A stretch of DNA of 64,000 bases, from assembly GCF_000150275.1 (NCBI RefSeq), contig NW_002060947.1:2407740-2471739 (forward strand), in the 5' to 3' direction. Below the pieces are notes generated by a model. That model had not been told where the DNA came from. It made no database searches and saw only the letters and a list, made by a program, of their open reading frames with translations. Positions within the stretch are counted from its first letter, which is position 1; each line of letters begins with the position of its first letter. A program made the position numbers and the translations under genes. Below are positions 10,732 to 25,535 of the stretch, one piece after another. The DNA is from Trichoplax adhaerens (Eukaryota > Animalia > Placozoa).

Positions 10732-13700
10732 CTGGATCTGAACCGATAATTTGTAGCTCTTAAATATTTATGCTTCTCTGCACTACCTGATCATATAGTG
10801 GTGATAGTAAATCATTTTTCATTTTCTGTACGTATCAATTTAAAGAATGTACGTCAAATAATCTCTGACTCATTTTTACTTAAAGCTAACAATAGTGCAG
10901 AAAGGAGATCAGGATAACAATGTTATCGTACGGTAGTATCTAATGTCATTACAAATGAATTACTACAGTACATCTTTTATCACTATTCTATATGTGCTTG
11001 CCAGCTTCTATCGTGCATCATACAGTTAATCGGACAATTATTTGCATGGCTACAATTCTTACTATTCAGTTATCAATTAAATGTCAGGTGCCTGTATGTT
11101 AAGAACACTATCGAACCTGTACGTGTTCATTTAAAGCATAGTATACGTACTAAACAGCAAGCATTGCATTGCTTAGCTAAATCTAGATAGTATCATATCT
11201 ATTATTAGCTCATAATTACTATAAATTTGCTTATTACTCGTAACCGACAATTTGTTCTTCTACAAACAATATCTTACAAAATAAATAAACCAATTAACAG
11301 ACCTTTGTCAATTTTCTATACATTATATCGTTATATACCTCTCATATAGTTTGGCACTCTCTCAGGCTGCAGTTCAACACGTTCTTCATTCTTATTCAGT
11401 TACTCTCACGCCTGTCTATGTGCCTACGATACATTCGTATCTATAAGCGATCTATGCCGCATACGCGCATGTAAGTAACAAGGTGAGCACTGTTACTGTA
11501 TCACTAAAACTCTTAAGACATTACGTCAGGGTTTACTAATTATCGCTTAATTCTATGTTTATAACATTACAGTTCCGTTACATACAGGACGATGAGATGT
11601 TATCATCCTGATTTACGAAACATCAAAGGTGGATCATTTACTATATAAGATCTCAATATATTCGTATCTCCTTTGATTCTGTGACCTAGCCCTAGGTCTT
11701 TGCTGCCCCAAAATTTCTATCAATTAGCAGCATTCTATATTTTAGGCCTTACAGATTAATTTTTTGCAAATTTTAATAAGGACTAACCTTAACCCTTAAC
11801 GATCGATATCCCCAAATAGGAAAATCATTTATTTAATTTATTGAATAATAATATTTGAAAAGCCAATTACAACACTATCCACTGTAAATAAAAAAAGCAG
11901 AACACTGAAACATACAGGGAACCGTATTTACTGACTACGAAGAAATTTATACACTGTAATACGCAGATGAGCTAGCTCTAGGCTTCAATAAGAAAGTGCG
12001 AGTATACATGTTAATAATTGCATTATAATGAATCTGAATTCTTCGTAGAATACAAATCGTATCAACAATCGTATAGTTATAGACTCTTAAATGATGCACT
12101 TAGTAATCAGGTAACAATTAGGAATACGCAGGTGTGGTAGTATCTCAGGTAGTTGGACAAAGATTATAGAGATAAAGAAAAGATCTTTATTAAAGAGGCA
12201 GATATACCTAACTAGCAGAGATCAGTTTTAGCATGGAGCCAACTTAGAAACGCAATAACTCTCCCCAGCTACATCTAACAACCACATATATTGTGCAGTA
12301 CAGTAAGCATAACAATCACATGATATATCATGGTAGTTTGCTGAGTTAGATAAGAGTCATTGAACGAGCTTGTATAAGTAGACATATACTGGGTTATACG
12401 ATAGTAGGCACTGTTAAACTTAGAAGCCTAAGAACACGATTCGTATATTGCATACAGATAGTATAATCTTACTGTAGTATATCAATAAGGCTGCAGTATA
12501 CTGTACTGGTAAATTGATTCTTACAGTTATTATACCAATCGAATCACATCTTTGGAAACCTTGCAAACGTATACGTAAACATAAAACAACATTGAGCATA
12601 TTTAAAATAAATATATATATATGATACGGCCAAAGCCGGTAATGTAGCCATTACCTAAGTATATTTTATATATAATTGATGTTATTACTTACTAATTAAA
12701 CAGGATGTAAATAAGTTTAATTCCATATCATTTGCATATTATTCCGATAATTTAATTATAATAGTGTATTTTTGGGGGTCGGAAACAGACTTTGTTAGAA
12801 TTGCTACGCGATGCAACATTGTGCGGTATGTCGGCTTAAATTCGTACAAATACGTAAGTCTGCACTAGATATTGTTAATTAATCTAATCTATGGTGCCTT
12901 AAGTATCTAGTTATAGACAGACCATCATAGGTCTTAAATCTAAAGCCAAAATTCTTAATTGATATTACACTGACTAACTGCAGACGTAATTAAAATTAGA
13001 AGATTCAACCTTGTGCCGTCATATTAAACTAAACTTGCATTCAATGTAACCGTTTAAAGTTTGCGAAAGTTGAAAATTGGCAATATCGAAGTAACGATAG
13101 CGTCATTAAAAACATACAAAACATTATGCGAGTTATCAACAATTATAATCATTACAGTTTTCATAAAGCCAAGTAATATTTTAATATACTACTCTATACA
13201 AGTATTATCACTGACCAATCATAGTCTAGCTCGATGGCGGCATCCACATTATCTCAACATGTATAAACTTTCATAGTGTTATGTACCGGATAAAAGCACT
13301 CCTGAATTTATAGAGCTTGATATGGTAATAGAGAGATAATAAAAATGAAGTCTTGCAAACTGCCAAATGAATGGTCATAAATAATCGTAAACAATGTTAT
13401 GTTAGCATCTATCTAAATTTTCTACATAATTAATAAAATATGACCTTCTAATTTCCGATGTTCGCTGCAATTAGAGAATTATATCATCCCATCCTTTAAA
13501 TCCTAAATATAACTTAAGGAAGTGGGAGTGAGCTGCTGTTAGTATTAAAATAAACAACGTATTAGTAACGCGGTAATGCAACAATAAAACGTTTAACTTG
13601 TTATCTAAATGAAGATAAGTACAAACGGAGATTAGGTATTATGTAAATATTTATATAATCAATGTTTCAATAACACATATAGGTTTAGGATAAATTGTAA

Positions 13701-14018
13701 CAAATGTGAAACATTTACGACCAAATAAAGTTCCTGAAGCTCCTGGTGGTAACCTTATAGAGAATAGTAACTTATAGCCTCGAATCATGATGAATACAGA
13801 GTTCATATTTTATGTTTGCTATTTACTAGAACGTATGAGCAATAATATTAATTTTATATTTATCTATCTATGTCTGGTATAAATAACCGGCTGCCAGCTG
13901 TTCTAACGTTACAGTAGAGATGGTACTCAAAACAAAGTATTTAAAAACTCGAAGTTATTCGTAAAAGACTCAAATTAAGCAAACTGTAAGAGAAGGAATC
14001 AAAAAGCAGCGAAAACAG

Positions 14019-15557
14019 ATGTGGCATATGGAAGGCATATCATATTTTGTTCTCTTTTACCTTATCCTTGCTGGTACAAACACCAATGGTGTCAGTATCA
14101 AAACGGACGAAAATTCTTCCTCAAAATCGCAAACGGATACTAATAAACAGGGTAAAGAGCTATATTAATTCGTTTTTCAGTATTCTTTACTACTAGTAGT
14201 AATTATGCTAACGAAGAAGTTTGATATAGAACTGAAAACTGACAGTAACTACTATCGAAATGAGTGCACAAGAATTTCTTAGATAAATATTTCAAAATTG
14301 CAATACTCATTACCACTGCAACGTAAATATATGTTATGTGCGAAAAAATGATAGCATAGTATGATTACTTAGTGAAACTTGTATATACAATTAAGCTAGT
14401 AGTATAAATTAGGATAGAATTCAGCTGAATCATGAATACTAGAACACCAACAATATAGCAGAAGCACTATTTTTATTGTGCCAATATAATACCTGAACAA
14501 GTTATAACGTCAGACTTATTTCAGTTCTAATGTTCAATACACATCGTCAGCTATCTCTTGCAACCAAGTGAGAACAAACTTATCATTAATCAGATATTCT
14601 TATAATAAAAGCGTATAAAAAATATCGAATATTGACGGCTTCAGTATACAGTTGTTCTCAAAATTCAATTAACTAGCAATCCAATCTTCGTATTATGTGT
14701 TCGATGGTTTTATACAAGCTGTATATATACACATGTAAATATATCAATCTTTCACTTACCGTATGAATAGTTTGCAATCGGCTCATTTTTATACAATACT
14801 AAACTCACCTGTAAAGTCCCAATAGTTTCAAAGAGGTACAATGCTTACTAATGTATTATAAGACACTATAATATTAACATATTAACATAAAGAAATTGTC
14901 ATATTTTTAAATAAGTACTCGTAAACCTAATTCTACGCCAGGCTCTGAAAACTAATGTAATAGTAAGACACGTACTTAAGAGTTTTAAATATATAAAATT
15001 TGGAATAAAGCTGGTGTTTGCAAGTACTTCCATGAGATTTTTAAATGATACAATAATTTAACATTAGGCAATTTTATTCGAAGTTCAGTAGTTAATGAAT
15101 ACCTTTGTGAGAAGAAGGCCTTAAAAGCATGTTGGAAATTCGCTTCTGGTTTCAATAACAGTCAGAGAGGTTTTGTCGCACTTGCATATGGTCAGAGAGA
15201 TACCTGTAAAATATTTCAAATCTTTGAAAACTGCTTATCGTCTTCTTTGACTTATAAGCTTGCTAAATGCCGATGGCCTCACTTGCGCCAATTCTACATA
15301 AGATACGCTGCTAAACAAGTAATTTATCGTACTTTGCAAAATAATTGCATCAATACTGCCGAACGCCAAGGTTAGCTTTTAGTAATCTAACTAATGATTG
15401 CAATAGTAGAATTATTAAACCGATTTCATAATTACGAAAATGTTACGCCAATTACTCTAATGTATTCGTGAATTTATTATACAACTTAATAGGGAGAGAT
15501 TATATGGTTCCTGAAGAGTGCTATCATCATCCCCTATTTATAATTTGCGATCAATAA
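14019..15557 (+). CDS. Small secreted Cys-rich protein (~160 aa); exons 14019-14151, 15089-15370 and probably 15493-15557
   Basis: Signal-peptide-like MWHMEGISYFVLFYLILAGTNTNG; phase-1 GT-AG junctions; a stop-free 282-nt exon with six Cys (CEKKALKAC...TCKIFQIFENC...KC...QNNC). The last exon is less certain. Confidence 0.7.
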
Positions 15558-17790
15558 CCGAAGCCTTAGTTACTGCCGTTTCGCGAGAGCATAAGTTATT
15601 GCAGTATGACAATTACCATAAAAATAAATTCATTACCTTACTACGGTTTGTATTAAGTGTAGTACTGACATCATGCTAGATCTATCTTGACCTATAAGTG
15701 CAGTAAAATCGCCATTTTATGCATATCATTACAATTATGAAATGCGTCGAGTACATATAGCAGTAAGTCATGCAGGATTGTTGCATATAAATATTGGCAT
15801 ACGCATACACTGCTGCACTATCCACCCATGCATATATCAAGCTTTCGTTTATTTTACCTTGGTTATCGCCATAATTGTGGTAGATTAAAAGGCAGTTTTA
15901 ATTCGGGATAATAAATAAGTATTAAATACAAATATTATAATTGTAAATTGAAAGTCCAATCATTCTCTATATTTACAGTTAATAAATTTATTAATTATCT
16001 AAAATTTACCGGAATAAATCTTTGTCGTCAATCTGACTGAAATAAATTGGTGGATAAATTCACGTTAATCTGAAAAAAATGTTAGAATGACCACGAAGTT
16101 GCGATGTACGTCTAATCTATCATACTGATTCAATTGTAATATTGTATAGTAAAAGATACACTTGATATCTTAGAGAAGACAAAGAACTTATTTATTGAGA
16201 CAGAGAAGCGACCATGAGGAAGATCTAAGCAGAAGTGAAATCGTTCTGATAACGTTCACAGACAGACAACGAGATAATTATATAAATAAATGAATGAGTG
16301 AATGATTATTAGTTATACTTGTAGAAATACGCCAACACTTACAATCTATGAACTCTACAGTATGAGATATATTGTAGTTATAATTCAACCCATAATGTTA
16401 CATCCTCTCTACTTTGCAAGGATCTATGAATATTATAATTCCGTATTTGTGTGTATCTGATGATGGCTAACAGTAAAGCGGAATAAATTACGTTGCATAA
16501 TTATAATTAATTATTAAGCGTTTTGTTAAGATACATAAATGTACACTACATTATGTTCTCTCGGGCGACGCTAGGTCAATCACGCAGTAGTGAACATGTC
16601 AATACTACAATTACGATATTTGTATTATACGATTATCTTATCAGTTGGGCAGCTATGCAGTTTATCAGCCCTAATTCCTAGACGTTACAAGTCTATCATA
16701 CGTATATAACACGCTGCTGTACACGGTATATTACTACATAGTTACTGTCTTGACTATTTTACCAGTAACTTATGAAACAAAAATATAGTATTGCTAATCC
16801 ATATTGCCTCACAAATCAACACACACCCCGGACTAAAGCTTTAAACCTTTTCAACTTTACCCTCCCTAAAATAAATGGACTCAAAACATCTTTTGCACCC
16901 CCCCCCCCGTCCCCGAAAAAAATTCTTGTACTACACACTATGAAGTAGAAATAGTTACCGTATCACTATGTGAATGTAATTATGTAACATAGACGAGTAA
17001 ATGGTGAACTGCGACAGTAGTTTGATGTGAGACTTATCGGCATCATAATTAATTGCCGCTTCTTAGAACTGCAATTTTGCATTATTTAGCTGCCTCTGAT
17101 GTGTAATATTTCTGGCCGTACATTGTATAACAACTGTACAGTACAATATACATGCCATATTCGCAATAGTATGTATTTATATCGTCAATGTTATCGAGTT
17201 CGAAAAGTGACAATACAGATATATTTTTCGATACACAACTATAACATAGACTACTTAATACAGTATTCCGAGGTGTTCATTAGTCCATGACTATACACTA
17301 TACATGAAGAACGGCGGTAATGCTACGAGACACGTAGGTCCAGGTCTTTCTTTCATTAGTCCACGGTACAAGCTACAGTTGTTTATATTTCATAAGTTTA
17401 CGAGTATCATGCTTTTTGTCTTTCATAAAATGCAAGATTATACATGAGGCAATTTAAGCCTTTTCAACGCTGTCTTGATAATGAAATCAACAGAATATAA
17501 TTTTAAAATTTTCCCTAAACAAAATAATACTCCAACTGACAGCTTAGGTGTTATAATTTATGTGAGATTATGCAATTAATGCTATGGAAACTTTTGTTTA
17601 TTATTAAAATTCTTAAATTATTTTATATCAAGGCCGGATGATATTCTTCAGCGATGGCGATATATTAGTAAATGGGAATTAACTGCCATATGTGCATCTA
17701 CCAAGTTCCTATCTGCTATGAGTGATATGCATACGCTTTAGCAAATTGAAGTAGGCACTAGTATGAAAATAAATGAATCTATCACTTCTT

Positions 17791-20700
17791 TTAGTACAAT
17801 CCTTCCGATGATACAAAGATAATTGACTTGATATACTCAACAATAACTCGGTCAATCCATGTCACTGTTTCTGGAATGACGACACCGCCTTCAAAAAAAC
17901 CAAGATGCCCACCGTTTTGAGTTACAACAAACAGAGCTTTATCTTTAGTCGCTATGGAAATCAATTTCAACATATTAAAATTCTTTCGATATTACATATT
18001 GCGTATATATTTCTCAAATCAAGAATCATAAAACATGACGAAACGTAGATATACTTCTTAATAATGATCCATCTGTAAATGTATTTGCTGCAGCTTTTTG
18101 AGCTGAAAAGATTCGTTTACGTCCATATCGAATTCCTACTATGACTTACATGATAACGAAATGGCCGGCCCAAACAGTTCCGATGGAATCAGTGGATCAT
18201 CAGAAGAGTTTACAAGTAATACGGGCAGTTCCAGCTGAGATAATGTCAGTTAATGAAGGAGAAATGTTAAGGGTAATCAATTTTACAACATTCTTATAAA
18301 GCACTGCTATAAAGCACTTATCACTTTAGCGTTAGCTATCGGTAGTAACTGGTGCGTTATACCGTAGTTCATGGTTATACACATACAACAGTTTACCTTA
18401 TGTAAGTAGAACTTCGAGCTCGCCCAATCGTAATAGTCTGATAGCGCAGCAAAGCCATTTACTAGCCTAAGTTCAAATAAATTCACCCAAATAAACATTT
18501 GTCAACATTCCTGGATTCTGTAACGGGTTTGACCTAAATTGTTTATACTACGTTAAACCTAGAAAAGTTCTCATCAAGCTCTTCTAAAATTCTTGATGAA
18601 TAAACCCTTTTCTCTTCAACAGCAGGTATATCAGTTTTCTTTATTTCGCTATCACTACGACCATTTTTTATATAAGGTGCCTCACAATAATAATCCCATT
18701 TAATCGAGTTTGACGTAGCTGAAGGATAAATTTCTTTCCAATGATTGTTAATAATTTGTTTTTGGCGCCTGGTTATCATGTAATTATATATCACTCGACC
18801 ACTGTTCAAGCTATTAAGAAAGGGACGAGATCTAAACAGAATTTGAAAATTGTTAACTACAGGAGTATTACGAAAGATACTGTATGCGAACCTTCAATAC
18901 AATCCAGTAAGATACGCAAATTCGCTAGTATCACTTTATACACTTAAACGAGCATAAAAAGTACTTTTCAATATCATATCCTTGGCATATTGATATGGCA
19001 CATAAAAAGTATGACTGGCGGGAAGGCTTTTCTCCAAGGTACTTCATTAGCAAGTTCGCGCCCATCGAAAAACCCACTCCCACCATCAAACTGTTATTGT
19101 GAAATTTTCGTACAGCATACTGTACCGCACCATCAAGATCACACGTATGGCCTATGCAAAATATATGAGGCATATATGTTTACGTCAGAACACAGTGTGA
19201 TTGTAGTTAATAACTAATATAATTAACACAACAGAACAGATAATAAGTAACAAGAACATGCTGTAGTAATTCTGGTTAGCATCAATGTACTTATTATTAC
19301 TCAAAAAAAATGCCTATGTTGATCTGTTGTGATATTATAATACAATTTACACAAATTATGGTATGTATGCATTACAGGATTTACGGTTCAGCACTTAAAG
19401 AAATTAAATTACAAATATTCATACTCTACCGTAAGTAAATATTCTCGGAGACGTCAATGGTACTGAAGCATCTGTTCCGACGTGATTCAGGACAATGACA
19501 CGATAACGATGTTGTAGACAATAAGTTACAAAGGTCTGTATGTATACAGATTGCGAGTTATTGCCGATACCCGGGCATACAATCAGCGTAACTTCAGGTT
19601 TTTCCGTTGACGTTCTCTGTCGCTCCTGTGGTTCATATATATCAAAAGTACTTAAAGAGCCATCTTCGGTTACGACGCTTTCTCGTTTCAAACGTTGCGG
19701 TGGTGATTTATTTCCGAACCGACCGATCAGTCCAAAAATTATAGTTTGAACATGACCACATTTTCCCCAAAGAAGTGTGGGAAGGTATCTGCAGTTAAAG
19801 CAATAAGGTCAGCGTCAAGTAGTTATAAATAAGGCAGTACACATTTTTCTTTTATTTACTTAATTGCTAATGCATTTGCTCCTTGTTCTCACATAATGAA
19901 GTAAGTACATCTTGTAGAATATGTAAACTGTGAAGTGCAGACTCTGCATACGACGCACAGTGGTAAAACAGTAAACTCAGAAAAAAATAGTGCCTGCATG
20001 CTGACCATGAGATGAGCATTGTGTTCTTACAGTAGATCAGGCAAAGCCTACATAGGTATTTTGAAATAATTTGAATCGCCTTTCTGAGAATATCAGGATA
20101 CTGACGCTGAAATATACACTAACGTATAGTAAATGTCTTATAAAAATCACAATCATCCTTCACAGATAGCAAACCAAATCAATTTCATGAGCTAGGCTTA
20201 CCTGGGTTGTCAATGAAATCATTACTTAATTTGCATGGTCAATGCTGTACGGTATTCATTTCATTTTATTAGATTATCATGCATCGGCCACGATTGACAA
20301 TAATTATAATTAATAATCCCTAATAATTATTAAGTTAAACTTCGCATATGTGGTGGTAATCTATAATCATAACAATTATTACCGTAAAAGTAAAATAAAT
20401 TACTATGGATAATCGGTTGATTTACATACACTGTACACTGTGTACAGTAATGCAATCCGTGCTTACAAATGAAACGGCCACATGCAACATGATTGAATTG
20501 TACGGTACAGTTCAGTACTGTAGTCATAAGCTAAATAATTTTGTCTCGCTCGATTAATTGCAGCACAAGACGTGCATTTGGGGACCGAGCTGTCAATCAA
20601 CAATAAGATCTAGCACCGTTTTACTTGCCTTTCACGAAGAATAGAACAATGAGCTAAAACAGCCTTGTTAAAAGATGAATTTCGGTGACATAAGATTGGG

Positions 20701-20798
20701 CAAGATGGCCAAACGAACAGATTTAAGAAACGAAACAAGGAAGAAATAGCAATAATGCTTAATGCGAAAAGAATGCTATAACTTTGAGATTCTAGCAT
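17791..20798 (-). CDS. ABHD2: Alpha/beta hydrolase domain protein 2-like acylglycerol lipase, multi-exon
   Basis: N-terminal TM, YLPTLLWGKCGHVQT, CPGIGNNS, LTSPRIFTYG, nucleophile VGFSMGAN, NSSDDPL, GGHLGFFEG...TWIDRVIVEY. Confidence 0.92.
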
Positions 20799-20829
20799 AC
20801 CAACTAGGACCACTTACTAATAAATGAAG

Positions 20830-21660
20830 ATACAGTACAATACGCGTATATTCAAATGTCAAAAATCGTTAGAAAATTATTCAAAATTGTAACTTGCTAC
20901 AGTCATCTGCAGTCATGAACTGCTAGAAGACTTCCACAGGCCCTAGGTTTTAGCTTTTCTTCTACTACCTGTTAGATTATATGGGTACGATACAGTACCG
21001 TAATCATAGTACAGTACTGGTACTTTCCATGACCAGAAATTTAAGCCTATGCTACTGTACTGCACTGTACTGTACATTGCTAGAAAAATGGTACAGTGTA
21101 CAGTACTGTACCGTACTGTATGAACATCTCTGGTACTATGGTACAGTATTGTACAGTACATGTCTTCGTTAGATTTTACTGTACTGTACGATACAGTACA
21201 ATATACTGTACTAAATAACACTCGCTAACATCCAATTTTGTATAGCAGTGATTATACTGTACAGTACAGTACAGTAATTTAAATACAGTACTGTACATGT
21301 ACAGTATACAGTACAGTACAGTATACAGAACTCCTCAAATAACAGATTGCCTGTACTGTAGAATGTACTGTGCATTGCGTCCACTTTTACTCTAATGATA
21401 ACGTAGGGGCTTGGGCGGTAGGGATCGGGATCGAAGCTTTGCAAATTCATTTCCTATCGCAGACAGGATTTTTAGGGCCCGGCCCGGTTAGACCAAGTGT
21501 GACGATTGTGTAATCACTGGAAGGAGACTGTTTACCATTTTACTGATAATTTTTATTGTAGTACAGTACTGTACACTATAATACAGTACATACATAATTG
21601 CTGTTCAGTAATTGCAGTACAGTATACTGTATATATATAAGTTTATAACTTATATACGCG
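20830..21660. repeat. TACAGTA/TACTGTA motif cluster in the ABHD2/IPPK divergent promoter
   Basis: Very dense runs at 20985-21372 and 21558-21632, between head-to-head ATGs at 20798 (-) and 21762 (+). Confidence 0.92.
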
Positions 21661-21696
21661 TACGACTACCACGGTATAATAATTAATTATTTATAG

Positions 21697-21710
21697 CTTT
21701 CCATGGCAAT
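21697..21710 (-). promoter_or_regulatory. RFX X-box-like motif upstream of IPPK
   Basis: ATTGCCATGGAAAG on the minus strand shares the core TTGCCATGGAAA with the RIB43A site; ~50 bp before the IPPK ATG. Confidence 0.45.
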
Positions 21711-21761
21711 GCTGTGCTGAAAATTCATGAAATATCCACTATTTAACAGTATAGTTTCAAG

Positions 21762-24700
21762 ATGAATGTCGATTCCAGATTTTTTGCTGAAAGAAAATGG
21801 GCCTATAAAGGAGAAGGCAACGCTCATGTAGTATTAGCTTCTCATGTACGTATAGTAGTATATTAGGAAGCTACTATGCGTGCAATTAATTAGGACAGTA
21901 AGCCATTCTTAAGAAATCGAAATCAAAACATTCCTATAGCCCATTCATATGAATGAATAATGAAGATAAATTTGGTACTTTGGTACACTTGAGATAACAG
22001 TCTTCATTATTAGATATTTTTAAAAAATATTTTCATTACAGTACACCAAGCTTTAAATGTCATGCATACATTACAGTAATGAGATATTTAGCAGTGTCAA
22101 CGAGTATGCTGTAGAATCCGAATTTAAGACTAAAATCCTTATTCCAGAAAACTGCTGCACACTAGTAAACGGAAAAGAAACCTTACTACTGTACGCGATC
22201 CTTAAAGATAATTATGTGTTGATAAGGTTAACAGTGACTCCTTTTTGTCTCCTGAAGGATGGTTTTGTTGTACGACTACTCAAAAATCGTAGAGATGGTC
22301 AGGTAAAGCTTCAGTTTCTGCCGATAAAGATATTCTTAATTAATAATACAGTACATAGTACCTAACCGGTTGTCGCTGCTGACCTCCTGTTAAGTACAGC
22401 ATTTGATTACAAAGTGTGAATATGCGACGATTTATTCGAATCACTGAATTACAGTAGTTTTACGAAAATACTGTAATCACATGTACAGTATGTATGGACG
22501 GAATGGTTGTACAGTATTCGTACTGTCGACCATACCTTTTGAAAAATACCTGACTACTTTCTGTAACATGCGCACAAATATTGCTCAACTCTTCTCTTAG
22601 ATTAGCAGACGTTCCCAAGATGCAGTGAAATATTATAACATCGTTGGACCACAGTTCATCGATCCTTCATACTTGCCAGAAATGGTATTTTCACACCGGA
22701 TCTCTTTACGCATCATTATTGATATACAAATTTACTCTCGAGTGTTTACTCTATTACCCGATTTAGAGATTAGTTACTGTTCCTAAAGATTTCTTTGGAG
22801 TTGTTGAAGACGTTTGTCGAAAGCAGCGGCCAGGTAAGTTAAATAATAAATGACGACGCTATCGAATTATTAACTCGTGACTTTAGGGACGAGCATAATG
22901 TAACATTTATAAGAGAAGATTGCAATATTTTCTAGACGTTATTTAGTAATATATGATTAACGCTGATAGTGGTCATAATATCTATTTTTTGGCCAGATTA
23001 TCGACTGGATACAAACATCGCTATGAATGCAACAGCAACGGTAATGCCCGATGTATGCTTCGTTAGAGAACGTAGTAGAATATCCGAGGTAAAGAAACTA
23101 GGAAATGTTGCTCAAATGAAAGATAAAACAATCCCAACATTTTGCGTTGAAATAAAAGTAAGTTTAATTTTACGGGTAAGTCTTACAATAAGAGAAATTT
23201 GTTCCTACTAGAAATCATTAAAGTCTTCTATGATTACCGTTTAAATTTAAGAATGGAATATTATTTTAATAAATTTTTCTTTACTTTAAAACAATTATTA
23301 CGATCAGCCCAAGTGTGGATATTTACCTAATCCAGCTTCTAGCTCCGAAATCAACGATATCAGAAGACGTATTTGCTATTTCTGCTTATTGCAGTATACT
23401 AAAGTAATTCGTGCTATACACCTGATTTTATCATGTTTTATTTTGTGATATCTTAAATCGCCAAATATCGTATCTTGCAAACTTAGATCTATTTTAAATT
23501 TAAATTACTTCAATATGCATCAGGAAAAAATAGACAGATGGAAAAACAGAAGCCAGTATTGCCCTTTGGATCTCTTTTCATTGTGTGAAGCACATGTTTT
23601 ATAATATACCAGTATACGTATATATATACTGCGTACTAGATTTAGGTAAAGGTATTGATGATCTCTTCCTATTGTACAGGGATCTAGATAGGATAAAAAA
23701 GGCCCTTAGTGCTTTGATGTACAGTCCGCAGAATAATTTCCGAATTTTTAAGGTACAGAGATATTACAGTATGCATCAAATTTTGTACAGGAAGCTGAGC
23801 AAATTTTAGACTGATGGAAGTCATTATTTTTTAAAGGATGGTATTCTAATTTATGAAGATAACTCTGCTTATGAAAGTTTGGATACCATTTTGCACGAAT
23901 GGTTCTCAAATTCTAAGAATTCTTGTAAAAATCTAGGGTAATAATGTTCTATACTGTATACGGTAGGATAATGGATTTGCGAATTGTTACTGACTATAAT
24001 ATTGATTGAAGATAGCAGGCACTGAGTTCTGATAACTGTCATCATTCGGCAGCTACAGTATTGTAATATATCCTCTTTTTATGGATAATTTAGAGCAACT
24101 ACCGAAAATTTTAGAGAAATTATAGCAAGAATTTTAGTTAGTGATCAGGCTTGCGGCACCATCGATATTAATGGAAAACAATCAGTGTGAGCTACCTATT
24201 TTGTTTCTTTAATTTGCATTAGTGACTGTTGAAAACTAGCTTGAAATACTAATGCTGACCATACCAATTGTAGAAACTCCAACTGCATTCTGAATCAAAT
24301 ACTATGTGCTCAGCGATTGGGTGAAACAGATATCGAAGATATTTATCCCCTGTTCTTAAAACTGGAACATGAAATGACGAAAAGCAAAACGGTCGCAGAA
24401 GCTATGCAGCAACTAGAGTGTTTTGACTCCGCATCATGGAAATACCTTAATGGTGAGAACTGGCTTTTAGCCTGTACTACGCAATCATTTATTTAGTATT
24501 CTTTATTAGATAGGCTAATACAACAATAACAGAGAAAGTATCTTTTACTTTGTAAAATGCCAGTAGTAGCTCTTGCCGAAATCGAAAATGATGTTGAGGA
24601 GACCATTAGAAAAGTAGGTTGCTTTTAATCTTGTTTCCAGTTTCTGTACCCATCCAGAGCGAATACTTTATGAATATCTTTTACATAATTAATATAGATT

Positions 24701-25028
24701 CAACAATTTCTAGTAACTGCCAGCTTTAAGGATTGCTCCCTTATGATCTCAGTACGCCCTAACAAAGCTTCGATATCTAATGCTATCCAGTAAGATACTA
24801 TCGAAATCAATGTCTGTACGTAGATCAACATAGTGACTGCATACCGTACTCATTTTTTCTTCAAATTATAGAGGCAGAAAATCATCTTTGCATTACGATT
24901 ATTCAGTTATGCTAATAGATTTAGATATCAAGGATATATCCCGTATAAGAAAATATATGAAATTAATTAAGGAAGTAAGCAAAAGCTATATGGAAAGGGC
25001 TGAAATTCCTTACAAAGTGTGCAAATAA
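21762..25028 (+). CDS. IPPK: Inositol-pentakisphosphate 2-kinase, multi-exon
   Basis: WAYKGEGNAHVVLA, FCVEIK|PKCGY, CYFCLLQ, SQYCPLDLFS, PQNNFRIFK|DG, FLVTASFKDCSLMI and LIDLDIK motifs across GT-AG exons. Confidence 0.93.
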
Positions 25029-25535
25029 CATTAGTTGTAATTCCTCGCTCAGAATGTTTCTATACTTGGACAAGACATGTTTTAATAACGACAAAGTGTA
25101 CTGCTTTCATTCTGATCATGATTATAATTATACTTCTCTCTATGTACTGAAACCCTAACACGTATCCATCACAGTGACTTAGTTTTAGTACAAAGTTCCG
25201 TACGATTTTGTTAATTATAGAATATTTCGGAATAAAAAATTTAATCATCTAAGTATTCTAATTAAGCTTACGATTTTTGGATATGAAATCACGCCAAGAT
25301 AACGAAAATTTGAAAAAATTATAGCACTTTCAAATTTAGTGATGGCTGTGTTGTGTGTGAATTAATAACAGTAATTGCAATAATATCGTGCTGCAGACTG
25401 TGACAGCAACGTAATCTGTAAATGTCTTTTTATCAATCTTATGAGAAACCTGTTATGTGTTACATGAAAACGATATATATTAATTTATAATTTACAGTTA
25501 ATAAATAAAAGCTAGCATTGCATCAATACACCATA

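Noticed and set aside
16898-16915. Poly-C tract (possible G-quadruplex on the minus strand)
   Set aside because: Isolated homopolymer with no supporting context.
24510-24530. Apparent in-frame TAA in an IPPK exon (pseudogene or readthrough?)
   Set aside because: A downstream phase-compatible acceptor (...aatgccag|ta gta gct, ~24563) with a pyrimidine tract skips it.
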